Assembly: GCF_963921235.1 (NCBI RefSeq)
Contig: NC_086097.1
Coordinates: 247,072,001-247,136,000 of the forward strand
Source: Mobula hypostoma
Taxonomy: Eukaryota
Direction: 5' to 3'
DNA length: 64,000 nucleotides
The position numbers were made by a program, and so were the translations under genes. This document shows, in pieces, positions 39,448-52,829 of the stretch. Each line of letters begins with the position of its first letter. Positions within the stretch are counted from its first letter, which is position 1. Below the pieces are notes generated by a model. The model was not told the origin of the DNA. It searched no databases and saw only the letters and a program-made list of their open reading frames with translations.

Positions 39448-39672
39448 ACACACACAAAATTCTGGAGGAATTTAACAGGCCAGGAGGCATCAACAGAAAA
39501 GAGTAAACAGTCAACGTTTTGGGCCAGGACCCTTCAGCAGTCCTGACGAAGGGTCTCAGCCCAAAACGTCGACTGTACTCTTTTCCGTAGACGCTGCCTG
39601 GCCTGCTGTGTTCCTCCAGCATTTTGTGTGTGTTGCTTGGATTTCCAGCATCTGCAGATTTTCTCTTGTTTG
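39448..39672. mobile_element. Palindromic Penelope-like terminal element with hammerhead motifs on both strands
   Basis: ~90-bp imperfect inverted arms (39448-39633). CAGTC-CTGACGA-AGGGTCTCAGCCC-AAAAC-GTC-GACTG at 39538-39575. Confidence 0.8.
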
Positions 39673-40994
39673 TGATAGTGTTTGGTGACAGGTTGTAATG
39701 TGTACAAAATCACTGGAGAAACACTGAAGCTGGTGGATATAGAAGCCTTTATTCAGCAGAGCGAGCAGCGGGCATCATATTCAGGACACTCTTGGAAGTT
39801 GAGGCCTGCCTGGCCCAATATTGCCGGACATTTTTATATGCCAAAGATCAAAGGTCCCAGCAGGACAACTTTACAGCTACAATGCATTTACCATGCTTCC
39901 TTTGAATTACATATAATTTTCAAACACCTTTATCTTCACACCCACACTCCAGACACTCAAAAAGAATGTTAATTCCCACTGACTCTGGACTGCATTCATG
40001 CACATGCAGGCATCTGAGGTCAATTGGGGTGTTCCTTTGGAATCAACCCCAAAATGCAGCGCAGGAAGACCATTGTTCAGAGCTGCATTTTAAATTTAAT
40101 CTACAGTCCATGTTCAGGTCTGACGACTGCTGCTGTTGAATTTAGTATTTGCTGTATACCATAACTCTGGAATACGCCCCAACAACATATACCTACCTTG
40201 ATAGTAAAATTTAGTTTGAACTTTGAACGTTAACTTATGTCTTTCTAGTTGGTTGTTGCCTGATACTTCCGTGGCACGGATGTTACTTGCCACTGTCAAC
40301 CCCTGTCTAGATGCCACAGCAAGCTTCAGTGGTTGCAGAGTTGTGGATGAACTGAACATCGTGCAGTCACCACTGAACATCTCACCTTCTGATATTATGT
40401 TGGAAGGAAGAACAATACTGAACATTGTTGGGCCCAGAACACTACCCTGACCAACAAGATGTACAGGAGTAAGGTATACTCAGGGTTCACTTCATTAGGT
40501 ACACCTTTACACCTGCTCATTAATGCAAATATCTAATCAGCCAATCATGCAGCAGCAACTCAATGCATAGAAGCATGTAGACATGGTCAAGAGGTTCAGT
40601 TGTTGTTCAGACCAATCATCAGAATGGGGAAGAAATGTGATCTAAGGTAGGATAAATGCAAGTAGATTTTTTTCATTGAGGTTGGGTAGAACTACAACCA
40701 GAGGTCATGGGTTAAGGGTGAAAGGTGAAAAGTTTAGAGGAATATGAGGGGAATCTTCTTCACCAAGAGGGCCATGAGAATGTGGAATGAGCTGCCAGTG
40801 GTGCATGTGAGTTGATTTCAAGGTTGAAGAGAAGTTTGGATAGGTACACGGATGGTAGGGGTGTAAAAGGCTATGGTTCCGGTGCAGGTTGATGGGAGTA
40901 GGCAGTTTAAATGATTCAGCATGGTTGAGATGGGCCAGAGGGCCCATTTCAGTCCTGTAGTTTTCAATGACTCTAAGTGACAGGGAGGTCAGTT

Positions 40995-41540
40995 AGATTG
41001 GTATGTGCTCCTTCATCTTACCCTGCCTGAAGTCCACAATCAGCTCTTTCATCTTACTGACGTTGAGTGCCAGGTTGTTGCTGTGGCACCACTCCACTAG
41101 TTGGCATATCTCACTCCTATTATCACCAATCTGCACAGATTGTGGTCTTCTGGTTAGGAAGTTGAGGATCCAGATGCAGAGGGAGGTACAGAGGCCCAGG
41201 TTCTGTAACCTCTTAATCAGGATTGTGGGAATGATGGTATTAAATGCTGAGCTATAGTTGATGAACAGCATCCTGACGTAGGTGTTTGTGTTGTTTAGAT
41301 GGTCTAAAGCCGTGTGGACAGCCATTGAGATTGCATCTACCGTTGACCTATTGTAGCGATAGGCAAATTGCAATGGGTCCAAGTCCTTGCTGGGGCAGGT
41401 GTTCAGTCTAGTCATGTTCAACCTCTCAAAACATTTCATCACTGTAGATGTGAGTGCTACCGGTGATAGTCATTAAGGCAGCTCACATTATTCCCCTTAG
41501 GCACTGGTATAATTGTTGCCTTCTTGAAACAAGTGGGAAG
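40995..41540 (-). mobile_element. Rex1/Babar RT fragment
   Basis: [16 protein letters not shown]...[15 protein letters not shown]. Confidence 0.85.
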
Positions 41541-42349
41541 GATTACAAACCGGAAAAAGCTGAAGAAAATTATAAACTCAGCCAGCTCCATCACGGGCAC
41601 TAGCCTCCCCAGCATGGAGGACAACTTCAAAAGGTGATGGCGCACGAAGGCGACGTCCATCATTACAGACCCCCATCACCCAGTACAAGCCCCTTTCTCA
41701 TTCCTTCCATCAGGGAGGAGGTACAGGAGCCGGAAGACACTCACTCAATATTTTAGGAACAGCTTCTTCCCCTCCACCATCAGACTTTAGAATGGTCCAA
41801 GGATCAATGACAAACACTACCTCACTGTTTTGGCTCTCTTTTGGACCTACTTTTTAATTTGTTTAATCTATATTTCTTATTGTAATTTGCAATACATATT
41901 TATGTATTGCACCGTACTGCTGCCGCAAAACAAAAAAAAAGACATACAGTATATTAGTAATAATAAATAAACCTGATTCTGATTTTTACTCTAATGTGAT
42001 TTGCTGCAGTGACCCATGTTCTATGGTTAGATGATGAATTCATTGCTTTAACCAGCAGGGGGCAGTGAAATACAATTAATCTACAACTGGGACTGACACT
42101 CCTGCATTTTTAAAATATTGCTTTTTTGCTCATTTTAATACAATATCCTTAAAATGATTTATCACCTGCACTGAATGTACAAGTGAATGTGCTATCTTTG
42201 ACCTGGTCCTGTGCAATGAGACAGGTAAAATTAGCAGCTGGGGATCTTGTAGTGAGGGATCTTCTTGCAAACAGTGATCACAGTATGAATGAGTTTCTGA
42301 TACAAATAGAGGACACAATAGTTAAATCGAAAACCAATGTATTAAAGGA

Positions 42350-45250
42350 ACGTAAGAAATAGGAGTAGGAGTTGGCCATTTGGCCCACCGAGCCTGTTGC
42401 GTCATTCAATAAGATCATGGCTGATCTGACCATGGACTCATCTCCACCTACCTGCCTTTTCCCCATAACCCTTAATTCCCCTACCATGCAAAAATCTACC
42501 CAACCTTGTCTTAAACCTTGTGGGAGGAGGAGAAGATGGCGGCACAACGCAGCGTGCGTGGCCTCTCCGGTGAATGATATCTGTAATCTGTCAAGTAGGG
42601 TACCATGCACAATTCTGATTTGATGGAGACGGACGTGAGAGTGCGGAGGAACATCTGGAGAAACTTCTGAAATGCCCGCTTCACTGCTGCTGCTACTGTG
42701 TGGTAACCGGAATCTCCAGAGCAGAAGGCTCCGAATCCTCGGCTTTGCTTGTTTCGGGGGCCAGGGTGAGGTCAAAGGCGCTCGGCAGAGGATGGCGCTC
42801 GGTAGGCTGTATCGGAGGGGCTGGTTAGAGGCTCGAAGTTTTCGGACGGACGAACTCAGTGTCGGCTGTGGTCAGGTGCTTCCAATGCATTGGCAGTAGT
42901 CGGTGCCTGGAGGTTTATAGCAGGGAGTTTCTCCCTTTTGCCGCCTGCTATCGGGGACTCGGGAGTCGATCGACTTGGGACTTTGAGACTTTTTTTTACC
43001 GTGCCCATGGTCTGTTCTTTATCAAATTGTGGTATTGCTTTGCACTGCTATAACTATATGTTATAATTATGTGGTTCTGTCAGTGTTAGTCTTTGGTTTG
43101 TCCTGTTTTCTGTGGAGGACTCTGGAGGAACATTGTATCATTTCTTAATGCATGTATGCATTTCTAAATGACAATAAAAGAGGACTGAGTGTTCTCATAA
43201 TCTAATCTAAATATATTTACTGAGGTGGCCTCCACTGCTTCATTGAGCAGAGAATTCCACAGATTCACCACTCTTTGGAAAAAGCAGTTCCTTCTCAGCT
43301 CCGTCCTAGGTTTACTCCCCCGAATCTTGAGGCTATATCCCCTAGTTCTAATCTCACCCACTAGTGGAAACAACTTTCCTACGTCTATCCCTTTCATAAT
43401 TTTATATGTTTCTATAAGATTTCCTCTCATTCTTCTAAATTCCAGCAAGTACGGTCCTGGCCAACTCAATCTCTCCTCATAGTCTAACCCCCTCATCTCT
43501 GGAATCAACCTGGTGGACCTCCTCTGCACCACCTCCAAAGCCAGTATATCCTTCTCCAACTAAAGAGACCAGAACTGCATGCAGTACTCCAAGTACAGCC
43601 TCACCAGTCCCTTGTACAGTTGCAGCATAACCTCCTTGCTCTTTAATTCAATCCCTCTAGCAATGAAGGCCAATATTCCATTTGCCTTCTTGACAGCCTG
43701 CTGCACCTGCAAACTGACCTTTTGTGATTCATGCACAAGCACTCCCAAGTCCCTCTGCACAGCAGCGTGCTGCAATATTTTTGCAATTTAAATAATAATC
43801 TGCTCTTTCATTGTTCCTTCCAAAGTGGATGACTTCACATTTACCAACAATGTACTCCACCTGCCAGACCCTTGCCCACTCACTTAACCTATCTACGTCT
43901 CTCTGCAGACTTTCAGTATCTTCTGCACAATTTGCTTTTCCACTCAATTTCGTGTCATCAGCAAACTTAGATACACTACACTCGGTCCCCTCTTCCAGAT
44001 CGTTAACCTGTTTTGTGAACAGTTCCTCTACAGCACACCACTCACCACTAATTGCCAACAGAGTACCACCCATGTATCCCAATTCCCTGTTTTCTATTAG
44101 TTAACCAATCCTCTATCCATGCTAATACATCACCCCAACTCTATGCATCTTCATTTTATGAATAAGTCTTTTATGTGGCACCTTATTGAACACCTTCTGG
44201 AAATCCAAGTAAATAATGTCCACCTGTTCTCCTCTATCCACTGTGCTTGTTATATCCTCAAAAAACTCTAGTAAGTTTGTCAGACGGGAAAGGGATTGTC
44301 AAAGGGATTCAGCCTTTGCTGAATCCATGCTGCATCTGCCTGATGGATCCATTTCTTTCCAGACACTTCGCTACTTCTTTAATGATAGCTTCAAGCATTT
44401 TCCCAACTACAGATGTTAAAATAATTGGCCTATAGCTACCTGCCTTTTGCCTACGTCCTTTTTTTGAACAATGATGTGACATTCGCCAACTTCCAATCTG
44501 CTGGGACCTTCCCAGAGTCCAGTGAATTTTGGTAAATTATCATCAAAGCCTCTACTATAGCTTCTGGCATTTCTTTCAGTACCCTGGGATGCATTTTATC
44601 AGGACCAGGGGACTTATCTGTCTCCAGGCCCACAAGTTTGCTCAGCACTACCTCTTTAGCGATAGCTATTGTATCGAGGTCCTCACCTCCCATCTCATCC
44701 ATAACATCTCCCTTTGGCATGTTAGACGTGTCCTCCACCGTGAAGACCAACACAAAATAGTCATTCAAAGACTTGGTCATTTCTTCATTACCCAATCTCA
44801 ATTCCCCCTTCTTGTCCTCCAAGGGACCTACATTCATTTTAGCCATCTTTTTCCACTTTATATAATTATAAAATACTTTTACTATCCATTTTTATATTTT
44901 GTGCTAATTTATTTTCATAATCTAGCTTCCCTTTCTTTATCACTCGCCTAGTGGTACTTTGTTGCTTTTCAAAGTTTTCCCAATCTTCCAGTTTCCCACT
45001 ACTCTTGATGACTTTTTACGCATGAGCTTTAAGTTTGATGCCTTCTTTTATTTGCTTAGTTATCCATGGCTGGCTCGCCCCACCGTTACTGTCCTTACTT
45101 TTAACTGGAATATATTTTTGTTGAGCAAAGTGAAAAATTTCTTTGAAAGTCTCCCACTGTTCCTCAACTGTCTCACCATATAGCCTGTGTTCCCAGTCTA
45201 CACTAGCCAAATCCTCCATCATTCCGTTACAGTCTCCATTGCTTAGGCAT
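42350..45250 (-). mobile_element. Long degenerate CR1 ORF2, interrupted at 42521-43209
   Basis: PWITKQIK, KSPGPDKMHPRVLKE, KFADDTKL and LEYCMQFWS motifs. Confidence 0.85.
42521..43209 (+). mobile_element. ~690-bp non-autonomous retroelement, copy 2
   Basis: 5' AAGATGGCGGC (42533-42543) and a 3' aataaaag...(ATCTA)n tail. Confidence 0.8.
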
Positions 45251-46591
45251 AATTAGCGGCAGACCAATCAATTCGAAGAGAGAGAGAGAGAGCTTCACAC
45301 AGGTCAGGGAGAAAAGTTTAAAAAAGGAACGTTTTGTGGGGCTCGGTACATTAACGGCAGACCAATCAATTCATTGAGTTTCCTGGGATTGTACTCGCTG
45401 GAATTCAGAAGAATGAGAGGAGATCTCATAGAAACATATAAAATTATGAAAAGGATAGATAAGATAGAGGCAGGAAAGTTGTTTCCACTGGTAGGTGAGG
45501 CAAGAACTAGGGGACATAGCCTCAAGATTTAGGACGGAGATGAAGAGGAACTGCTTTCCCAAAGAGTGGTGAATTCTCCACACAATGAAGCAGTGGAGGC
45601 TACCTCAGTAACTATATTTAAGGCACGGTTGGATAGATCTTTGTACAGTGGGGTAATGAAGGGTTATGGGGAAAAGGCAGGTAGGTGGACATGAGTCCAT
45701 GGCCAGATCAGCCATGATCTTATTGAATGGTGGAGTAGGCTCAATGGGCAGATGGCCTGTTCCTTCTCTTATGTCTTATATTTTTATGCTCTTTGTGTTG
45801 TAACCAAACCTGTGAGCTCTGTCACAAAGGCTACAGGCGCATCAGAGCAGTAGTAGTATTAATGTGAGCTCTCAAGTTGGGTATGATGTTCTCCTAAAGG
45901 GTTTTCTATTGGTGGGTCCTCAGGTGGCTGTAGAGGCTGATCTGAGATCCACATATTTTCTGAGGGGCTTCCACACCTCACAATCCTGCCCTTCACTGTT
46001 TGATGATTGCCACAATCTGGGATGTTAGGGTGGATTCTCCTAGAGGAGAACACCTGTGCGTGACTCTGTTTGACGTGGAGAGGCTGATGCGTGGGCAGCC
46101 ATCGCATGGTCTTTGACAGATCAGGATCAGGGTCCAGTGTCATGGAGTGCAGGACTTCCTCCACATTCACTGCTGTTGTGATGTTTCAGCAGCTTCCTCC
46201 AACTCTACCTTTGAGGTCTTGTTTGGATTGGTCTTTCTCTGAAACCTCCCCCTTGAACTTACCGCCATGGAGGAACCAATTCCAGTCTGCACCGCTCTTG
46301 GGATCTCAGGAACTCACAAGCATCTTCACCACGACAAGGTGGTGATCCTTGGAGTGGAAGAGAACATTACACCCTGCAGGCTTCCCTTCAGTTTGCAAGC
46401 CTGAGCACTTGGAAAAATAGCATTGCTTCTGTATTGCCTCTCTCTGCCATGGGCGGTCTCAAGCCTGGCTGCGAAAGGAGGAGGGTTGGACATGGAGCTA
46501 GCAATCCCATCCCTTAGCCTAGAGCTACAGAAACACCAACAGAAACTCCAAAGACCTCAACCCTGGGAAAGGAACGATGTTTACCTGGAAG

Positions 46592-47256
46592 ATAGATTAG
46601 ATTAGAATATGAGGACACGCAGTCCTCTTTTATTGTCATTAATGCATGCATTAAGAAATGATACAATGTTCCTCCAGTATGATATCACAGAAACACAAGA
46701 CAAACCAAGCCTAAAAAACTGACAAAAGCCACATAATTATAACATATAGTTACAACAGTGAAAATCAATACTGAAATTTGATAAAGAACAGACCATGGGT
46801 ACGGTAAAAAAAAGTCTCAAAGTCTCTCGAAAGTCCCATCATCTCACGCAGACGGTAGAAGGGAGAAACTCTCCCTGCCATGAACCTCCAGTACCGCAAA
46901 CTTGCCGATGCAGCACCCTGGAAACACCCGACCACAGCCAACTCTGAGTCCGTCCGAAAACTTCGAGCATCCGACCAGCCCTCCGACATCGAGCACCATC
47001 TCTGCGGGGCGCTTCGGTCCCGGCCCTGGGCAACAGGCAATAGGCAAAGCCGAGGATTTGGGGCCTTCCCCTCCGGAGATTCTCAATCGCACAGTAGCAG
47101 CGGCAGCAAAGCATTTCAGAAGTTTCTCCAGATGTTCCTCCGTGCTTCTCACGTCTGTCTCCATCAAATCAGGATTGTGCACAGCCCCTACTTAACAAAT
47201 ATGATAACATTTTGGAGTGGATGCGCGCGCTGTGTCGTGCCGCCATCTTCTCTTCC
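46592..47256 (-). mobile_element. ~660-bp non-autonomous retroelement, copy 3, inserted in an RTE-derived element (46440-47480)
   Basis: gccgccatctt at 47239-47249 and (TAGAT)n at 46592. The flanking RTE 3' end encodes GYTWGQLERLAQDRGLW. Confidence 0.8.
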
Positions 47257-48268
47257 TGCAGTCATGTGGCAATCACAGGACTGATCATCGTCCTATCATC
47301 CAGGAATCCTCATGGAAAGCAGAAGAGAGGCTGGACAAACACCTAGAGGCACAGCCTTGAAGGTGACACTGAGAAGATGGGCTATACTTGGGGACAACTT
47401 GAAAGGCTGGCCCAGGACAGAGGACTCTGGTGAACAGATGTCGGTGGCTTATGCCCCAGTAGGGGCAATGGGCTTAACTTCTTTATTGACTCTAGGTTTA
47501 AGTTTTGGATCTCCCATCTCTAAGGCACCATACCAGTGCTTTCACCAAAAGGTCCACAATGGTTCAAAATAGTAGCTCGCTGTCATTATTTTGGGCAATT
47601 ATTCTGCACTCTCTTATTGTTAAGCGGCACAGTAATGCAGCTGTCTGTGTTACGCTTTACCGTGCCAGCAATTGAGGTTCAATTCCTGTCGCTGTCTGTA
47701 AGGAGTCTGTATGCTCCCCCCGTGTCCGAGGGGTGCTTCCTCCAGGTGCTCCAGTCTCTTCCCGCACTCCGAAGGCGTACGGGTTGGGGTTAGTGAGTTG
47801 TGGGCATGCTACGCTGGTGCTGGAAGAGTAGCGAGACTTGCGGGCTGCCCCCAGCACATCCTCGGACTGTGCTGGTCATGAATACAAACGACACATCTCA
47901 CCGCCGGTTTTGATGTTTCAACGTACATGTGACAAATAAAGCTAATCTTTATCCTTAATATTTAAATTCACACATCAGACCACTTGTAAATATACCATTC
48001 CTTGTCTGGGTTTAACTCTTGGAACTCCCACCTTAACAGTACCATGGGAATGGTTTCACCAAAAGCTCCGGAATGGTTCAAACTGGAAGCTCACCATTAT
48101 CTTTTAGGCCAACTATTCTGCACTCCATTACTGGTCACCCTCAATGCACTGAAGTAATGGAGTGATCTGCATGAACGAAATGCAAGACAAGTTTTTCACT
48201 GTCCCTCAGAGTTTATGACAATAATAAAACAATTTGCAAGCTCAAGTTTATTGTCATTCAGCTGTATA

Positions 48269-48776
48269 CAGTACTGTGCAAAAATCTTAGGCATACATAT
48301 ATAGAGGGGTTGCCCAAGACTTTTGCACTGTACTGTATAATTTTATGTATTGCACTGTACTGCTGCAAAAAAAATCAAATTTCATGACATGTGAGTGATG
48401 ATAAACCTGATTCTGATTTGGGTCTCTACTGTGGACTGAGAGTGGGAAGGGGACACGGAGAGGGGAATCATGGTTTGGAGAAGGGGGAGGGAGAATGGAG
48501 GGAGTGGGAAGCACCAGAGAGACATTTTGTAACGATGAATAAACCTCGTCTGGTTTCTCAGGGCTGGGTGTGTCTGCTCCGGCTCCACTCCCAACCCCTG
48601 GCCTCCTTCTCTGCCTCTGGTCGCACACCCCCCGCGTGGTACTCCTTCCCCGCCATTCCCACATTCTTTGCTCCCACCAGATTTGCAGACTTGCTCTCCA
48701 CTCCACGTTGACAAATATAGGACTGTGCAAATGTCCTAGCTATATATATATGTGCTAGAGATATTTCCACAGTCTT
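48269..48776. mobile_element. Composite element bounded by Tc1-type mini-hairpins
   Basis: TA|CAGTACTGTGCAAAA...TTTTGCACTGTACTG|TA at 48269-48335, then a shared internal body, then a second hairpin at ~48716-48776. Other copies at 28865-29198, 54370-54960 and 62369-63070. Confidence 0.7.
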
Positions 48777-48829
48777 ACATTGACTGTACATGTATACTGC
48801 CAAATGAAACAACATTCCTCCAGATCAAG

Positions 48830-51800
48830 CTAGGTAGGAAAAGGGATGAGGTCCTGAAAGGAGAATATAGGGAGCTAGGAAGGGAGTTGAGAAAAAGGAC
48901 CGCAAAGGTAGTAATCTCGGGATTACTGCCTGTGCCACGCGACAGTGAGAGTAGGAATGCGATGAGGTGGAGGATAAATGCGTGGCTGAGGGATTGGAGC
49001 AGGGGGCAGGGATTCAAGTTTTTGGATCATTGGGACCTCTTTTGGCGCAGGCGTGACCTGTACAAAAAGGACGGGTTACACTTGAATCCCAGGGGGACCA
49101 ATATCCTGGCAGGGAGATTAGCGGGGGCTACTGAGGTGACTTTAAACTAGAATGGTTGGGGGGTGGGAATCAAATTAAAGAGGCTAGGCGTGAGGAGGTT
49201 AGTTCACAACAGGGGGATGGGAACCAGTGCAGAGAGACAGAGGGGTGTAAAGTGAGGGTAGAAGCAAAAAGTACTAAGGAGAAGAGTAAAAGTGGCAGGC
49301 TGACAAATCCAGGGCAAGCATTAAAAAGGGCCACTTTTCAACATAATTGTATAAGGGCTAAGAGAGTTGTAAAAGAGCGCCTGAAGGCTTTGTGTGTCAA
49401 TGCAAGGAGCATTCGTAATTAGGTGGATGAATTGAAAGTGCAGATTGTTATTAATGATTATGATATAGTTGGGATCACAGAGACATGGCTCCAGGGTGAC
49501 CAGGGATGGGAGCTCAACGTTCAGGGATATTCAATATTCAGGAGGGATAGACATGAAGGAAGGGGAGGTGGGGTGGCGTTGCTGGTTAAAGAAGAGATTA
49601 ACGCAATAGAAAGGAAGGACATAAGCCGGGAAGATGTGGAATCGATATGGGTAGAGCTGCGTAACACTAAGGGGCAGAAGACGCTGGTGGGAGTTGTGTA
49701 CAGGCCACCTAACAGTAGTAGTGAGGTCGGAGATGGTATTAAACAGGAAATTAGAAATGTGTGCAATAAAGGAACAGCAGTTATAATGGGTGACTTAAAT
49801 CTACTTGTAGATTGGGTGAACCAAATTGGTAAAGGTGCTGAGGAAGAGGATTTCTTGGAATGTATGCGGGATGGTTTTTTGAACCAACATGTCGAGGAAC
49901 CAACTAGAGAGCAGGTTATTCTGGACTGGGTTTTGAGCAATGAGGAAGGGTTAATTAGCAATCTTGTCGTGAGAGGCCCCTTGGGTAAGAGTGACCATAA
50001 TATGGTGGAATTCTTCATTAAGATGGAGAGTGACATAGTTAATTCAGAAACAAAGGTTCTGAACTTAAAGAGGGGTAACTTTGAAAGTATGAGACGTGAA
50101 TTAGCTAAGATAGACTGGCAAATGACACTTAAAGGATTGACGGTGGATATGCAATGGCAAGCATTTAAAGGTTGCATGGATGAACTACAACAATTGTTCA
50201 TCCCAGTTTGGCAAAAGAATAAATCAAGGAAGGTAGTGCACCCGTGGCTGACAAGAGAAATTAGGGATAGTATCAATTCCAAAGAAGAAGCATACAAATT
50301 AGCCAGAAAAAGTGGCTCACCTGAGGACTGGGAGAAATTCAGAGTTCAGCAGAGGAGGACAAAGGGCTTAATTAGGAAGGGGAAAAAAGATTATGAGAGA
50401 AAACTGGCAGGGAACATAAAAACTGACTGTAAAAGCTTTTATAGATATGTAAAAAGGAAAAGACTGGTAAAGACAAATGTAGGTCCCCTACAGACAGAAA
50501 CAGGTGAATTGATTATGGGGAGCAAGGACATGGCAGACCAATTGAATAATTACTTTGGTTCTGTCTTCACTAAGGAGGACATAAATAATCTTCCAGAAAT
50601 AGTAGGGGACAGAGGGTCCAGTGAGATGGAGGAACTGAGCGAAATACATGTTAGTAGGGAAGTGGTGTTAGGTAAATTGAAGGGATTGAAGGCAGATAAA
50701 TCCCCAGGGCCAGATGGTCTGCATCCTAAAGTGCTTAAGGAAGTAGCCCAAGAAATAGTGGATGCATTAGTGATAATTTTTCAAAACTCGTTAGATTCTA
50801 GACTAGTTCCTGAGGATTGGAGGGTGGCTAATGTAACCCCACTTTTTAAAAAAGGAGGGAGAGAGAAACCGGGGAATTATAGACCGGTTAGCCTAACGTC
50901 GGTGGTGGGGAAACTGCTGGAGTTAGTTATCAAAGATGTGATAACAGCACATTTGGAAAGCGGTGAAATCATCGGACAAAGTCAGCATGGATTTGTGAAA
51001 GGAAAATCATGTCTGACGAATCTCATAGAATTTTTTGAGGATGTAACTAGTAGAGTGGATAGGGGAGAACCAGTGGATGTGGTATATTTGGATTTTCAAA
51101 AGGCTTTTGACAAGGTCCCACACAGGAGATTAGTGTGCAAACTTAAAGCACACGGTATTGGGGGTAAGGTATTGATGTGGATGGAGAATTGGTTAGCAGA
51201 CAGGAAGCAAAGAGTGGGAATAAATGGGACCTTTTCAGAATGGCAGGCGGTGACGAGTGGGGTACCGCAAGGCTCAGTGCTGAGACCCCAGTTGTTTACA
51301 ATATATATTAATGACTTGGATGAGGGAATTAAATGCAGCATCTCCAAGTTTGCGGATGACACGAAGCTGGGTGGCAGTGTTAGCTGTGAGGAGGATGCTA
51401 AGAGGATGCAGAGTGACTTGGATAGGTTGGGTGAGTGGGCAAATTCATGGCAGATGCAATTTAATGTGGATAAATGTGAAGTTATCCACTTTGGTGGCAA
51501 AAATAGGAAAACAGATTATTATCTGAATGGTGGCCGATTAGGAAAAGGGGAGGTGCAACGAGACCTGGGTGTCATTATACACCAGTCATTGAAAGTGGGC
51601 ATGCAGGTACAGCAGGCGGTGAAAAAGGCGAATGGTATGCTGGCATTTATAGCGAGAGGATTTGAGTACAGGAGCAGGGAGGTACTACTGCAGTTGTACA
51701 AGGCCTTGGTGAGACCACACCTGGAGTATTGTGTGCAGTTTTGGTCCCCTAATCTGAGGAAAGACATCCTTGCCATAGAGGGAGTACAAAGAAGGTTCAC

Positions 51801-52285
51801 CAGATTGATTCCTGGGATGGCAGGACTTTCATATGAAGAAAGACTGGATGAACTGGGCTTGTACTCGTTGGAATTTAGAAGATTGAGGGGGGATCTGATT
51901 GAAACGTATAAAGTCCTAAAGGGATTGGACAGGCTAGATGAAGGAAGATTGTTCCCAATGTTGGGGAAGTCCAGAACAAGGGGTCACAGTTTGAGGATAA
52001 AGGGGAAGCCTTTTAGGACCGAGATGCGGAAAAACTTCTTCACACAGAGAGTGGTGAATCTGTGGAATTCTCTGCCACAGGAAACAGTTGAGGCCAGTTC
52101 ATTGGCTATATTTAAGAGGGAGTTAGATATGGCCCTTGTGGCTAAAGGGATCGGGGGTATGGAGGGAAGGCTGGTACAGGGTTCTGAGTTGGATGATCAG
52201 CCATGATCATAATAAATGGCGGTGCAGGCTCGAAGGGCCGAATGGCCTACTCCTGCACCTATTTTCTATGTTTCTATGTTTCTAT
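48830..52285 (+). mobile_element. Near-complete young CR1 LINE (ORF1 esterase end, ORF2 and tail)
   Basis: ORF1 FLDHW...DGLHLN. ORF2 has APE motifs (ITETW, VYRPP, SDH) and RT motifs (YLDFQKAFDKV, KFADDTK). (ATGTTTCT)n tail. Confidence 0.95.
49381..52206 (+). pseudogene. CR1 ORF2 endonuclease-reverse transcriptase, slightly disrupted
   Basis: 927-codon open frame from 49423, but an in-frame TAG at 49420-49422 interrupts NARSIRN-x-VDEL. Also GDLN for GDFN, QGSVLRP for QGSVLGP, and a probable frameshift near 52152. Confidence 0.85.
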
Positions 52286-52829
52286 AACATAAGCTACATA
52301 GCTACTTAAGGGGTGGTTGCTGGGTTATGGTGAAGTTCAGTATCTTTAACTAGTGCACTACCAGGAGAAATATATTCCAGGTTGTCCCAAGTGCGGACAG
52401 AGATTAGAGACAATGGTTGAGTTCAAAGAATAATCTTTACTGGAGGATTTGTAGGGACTCAGGAATCACTACACACAGGGTAGGTAGATGCCAGAGTAGA
52501 GAAACAAAACAAAGCCCAGGTACACTGATAACTAAAAGGATTCACAGTCGAAAATCCTCAGCTCGTAATCGGGGAGGAGGAACATCAGAGCCTGGAGGAC
52601 CCTGGTGCCTCGTAACAAGACACAACATAGTAGATATAATTATATTCCAGATGATTATCGTTACCAAATAAACACCAGAATTGCCAACAACACCAGGCAA
52701 GCAAAACTTAACTTGAAAGAAGCATTAAAACTTGAAATACCTGCGGCATTTAAGCCACACAGCCCCTCTCATGTGTTAATGTCTGAACGTCACGCATAAA
52801 AAATGGTGCAAGGGAACCATAGATGTAGT

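Noticed and set aside
49521..51800. Antisense ORFs (258, 134 and 93 aa)
   Set aside because: Shadow frames of CR1 ORF2 with no independent support.
49423..52206. Active or domesticated 927-aa gene
   Set aside because: It starts at a GTG just after an in-frame stop within the endonuclease N-terminus, and has motif substitutions. It is a disabled CR1 ORF2.
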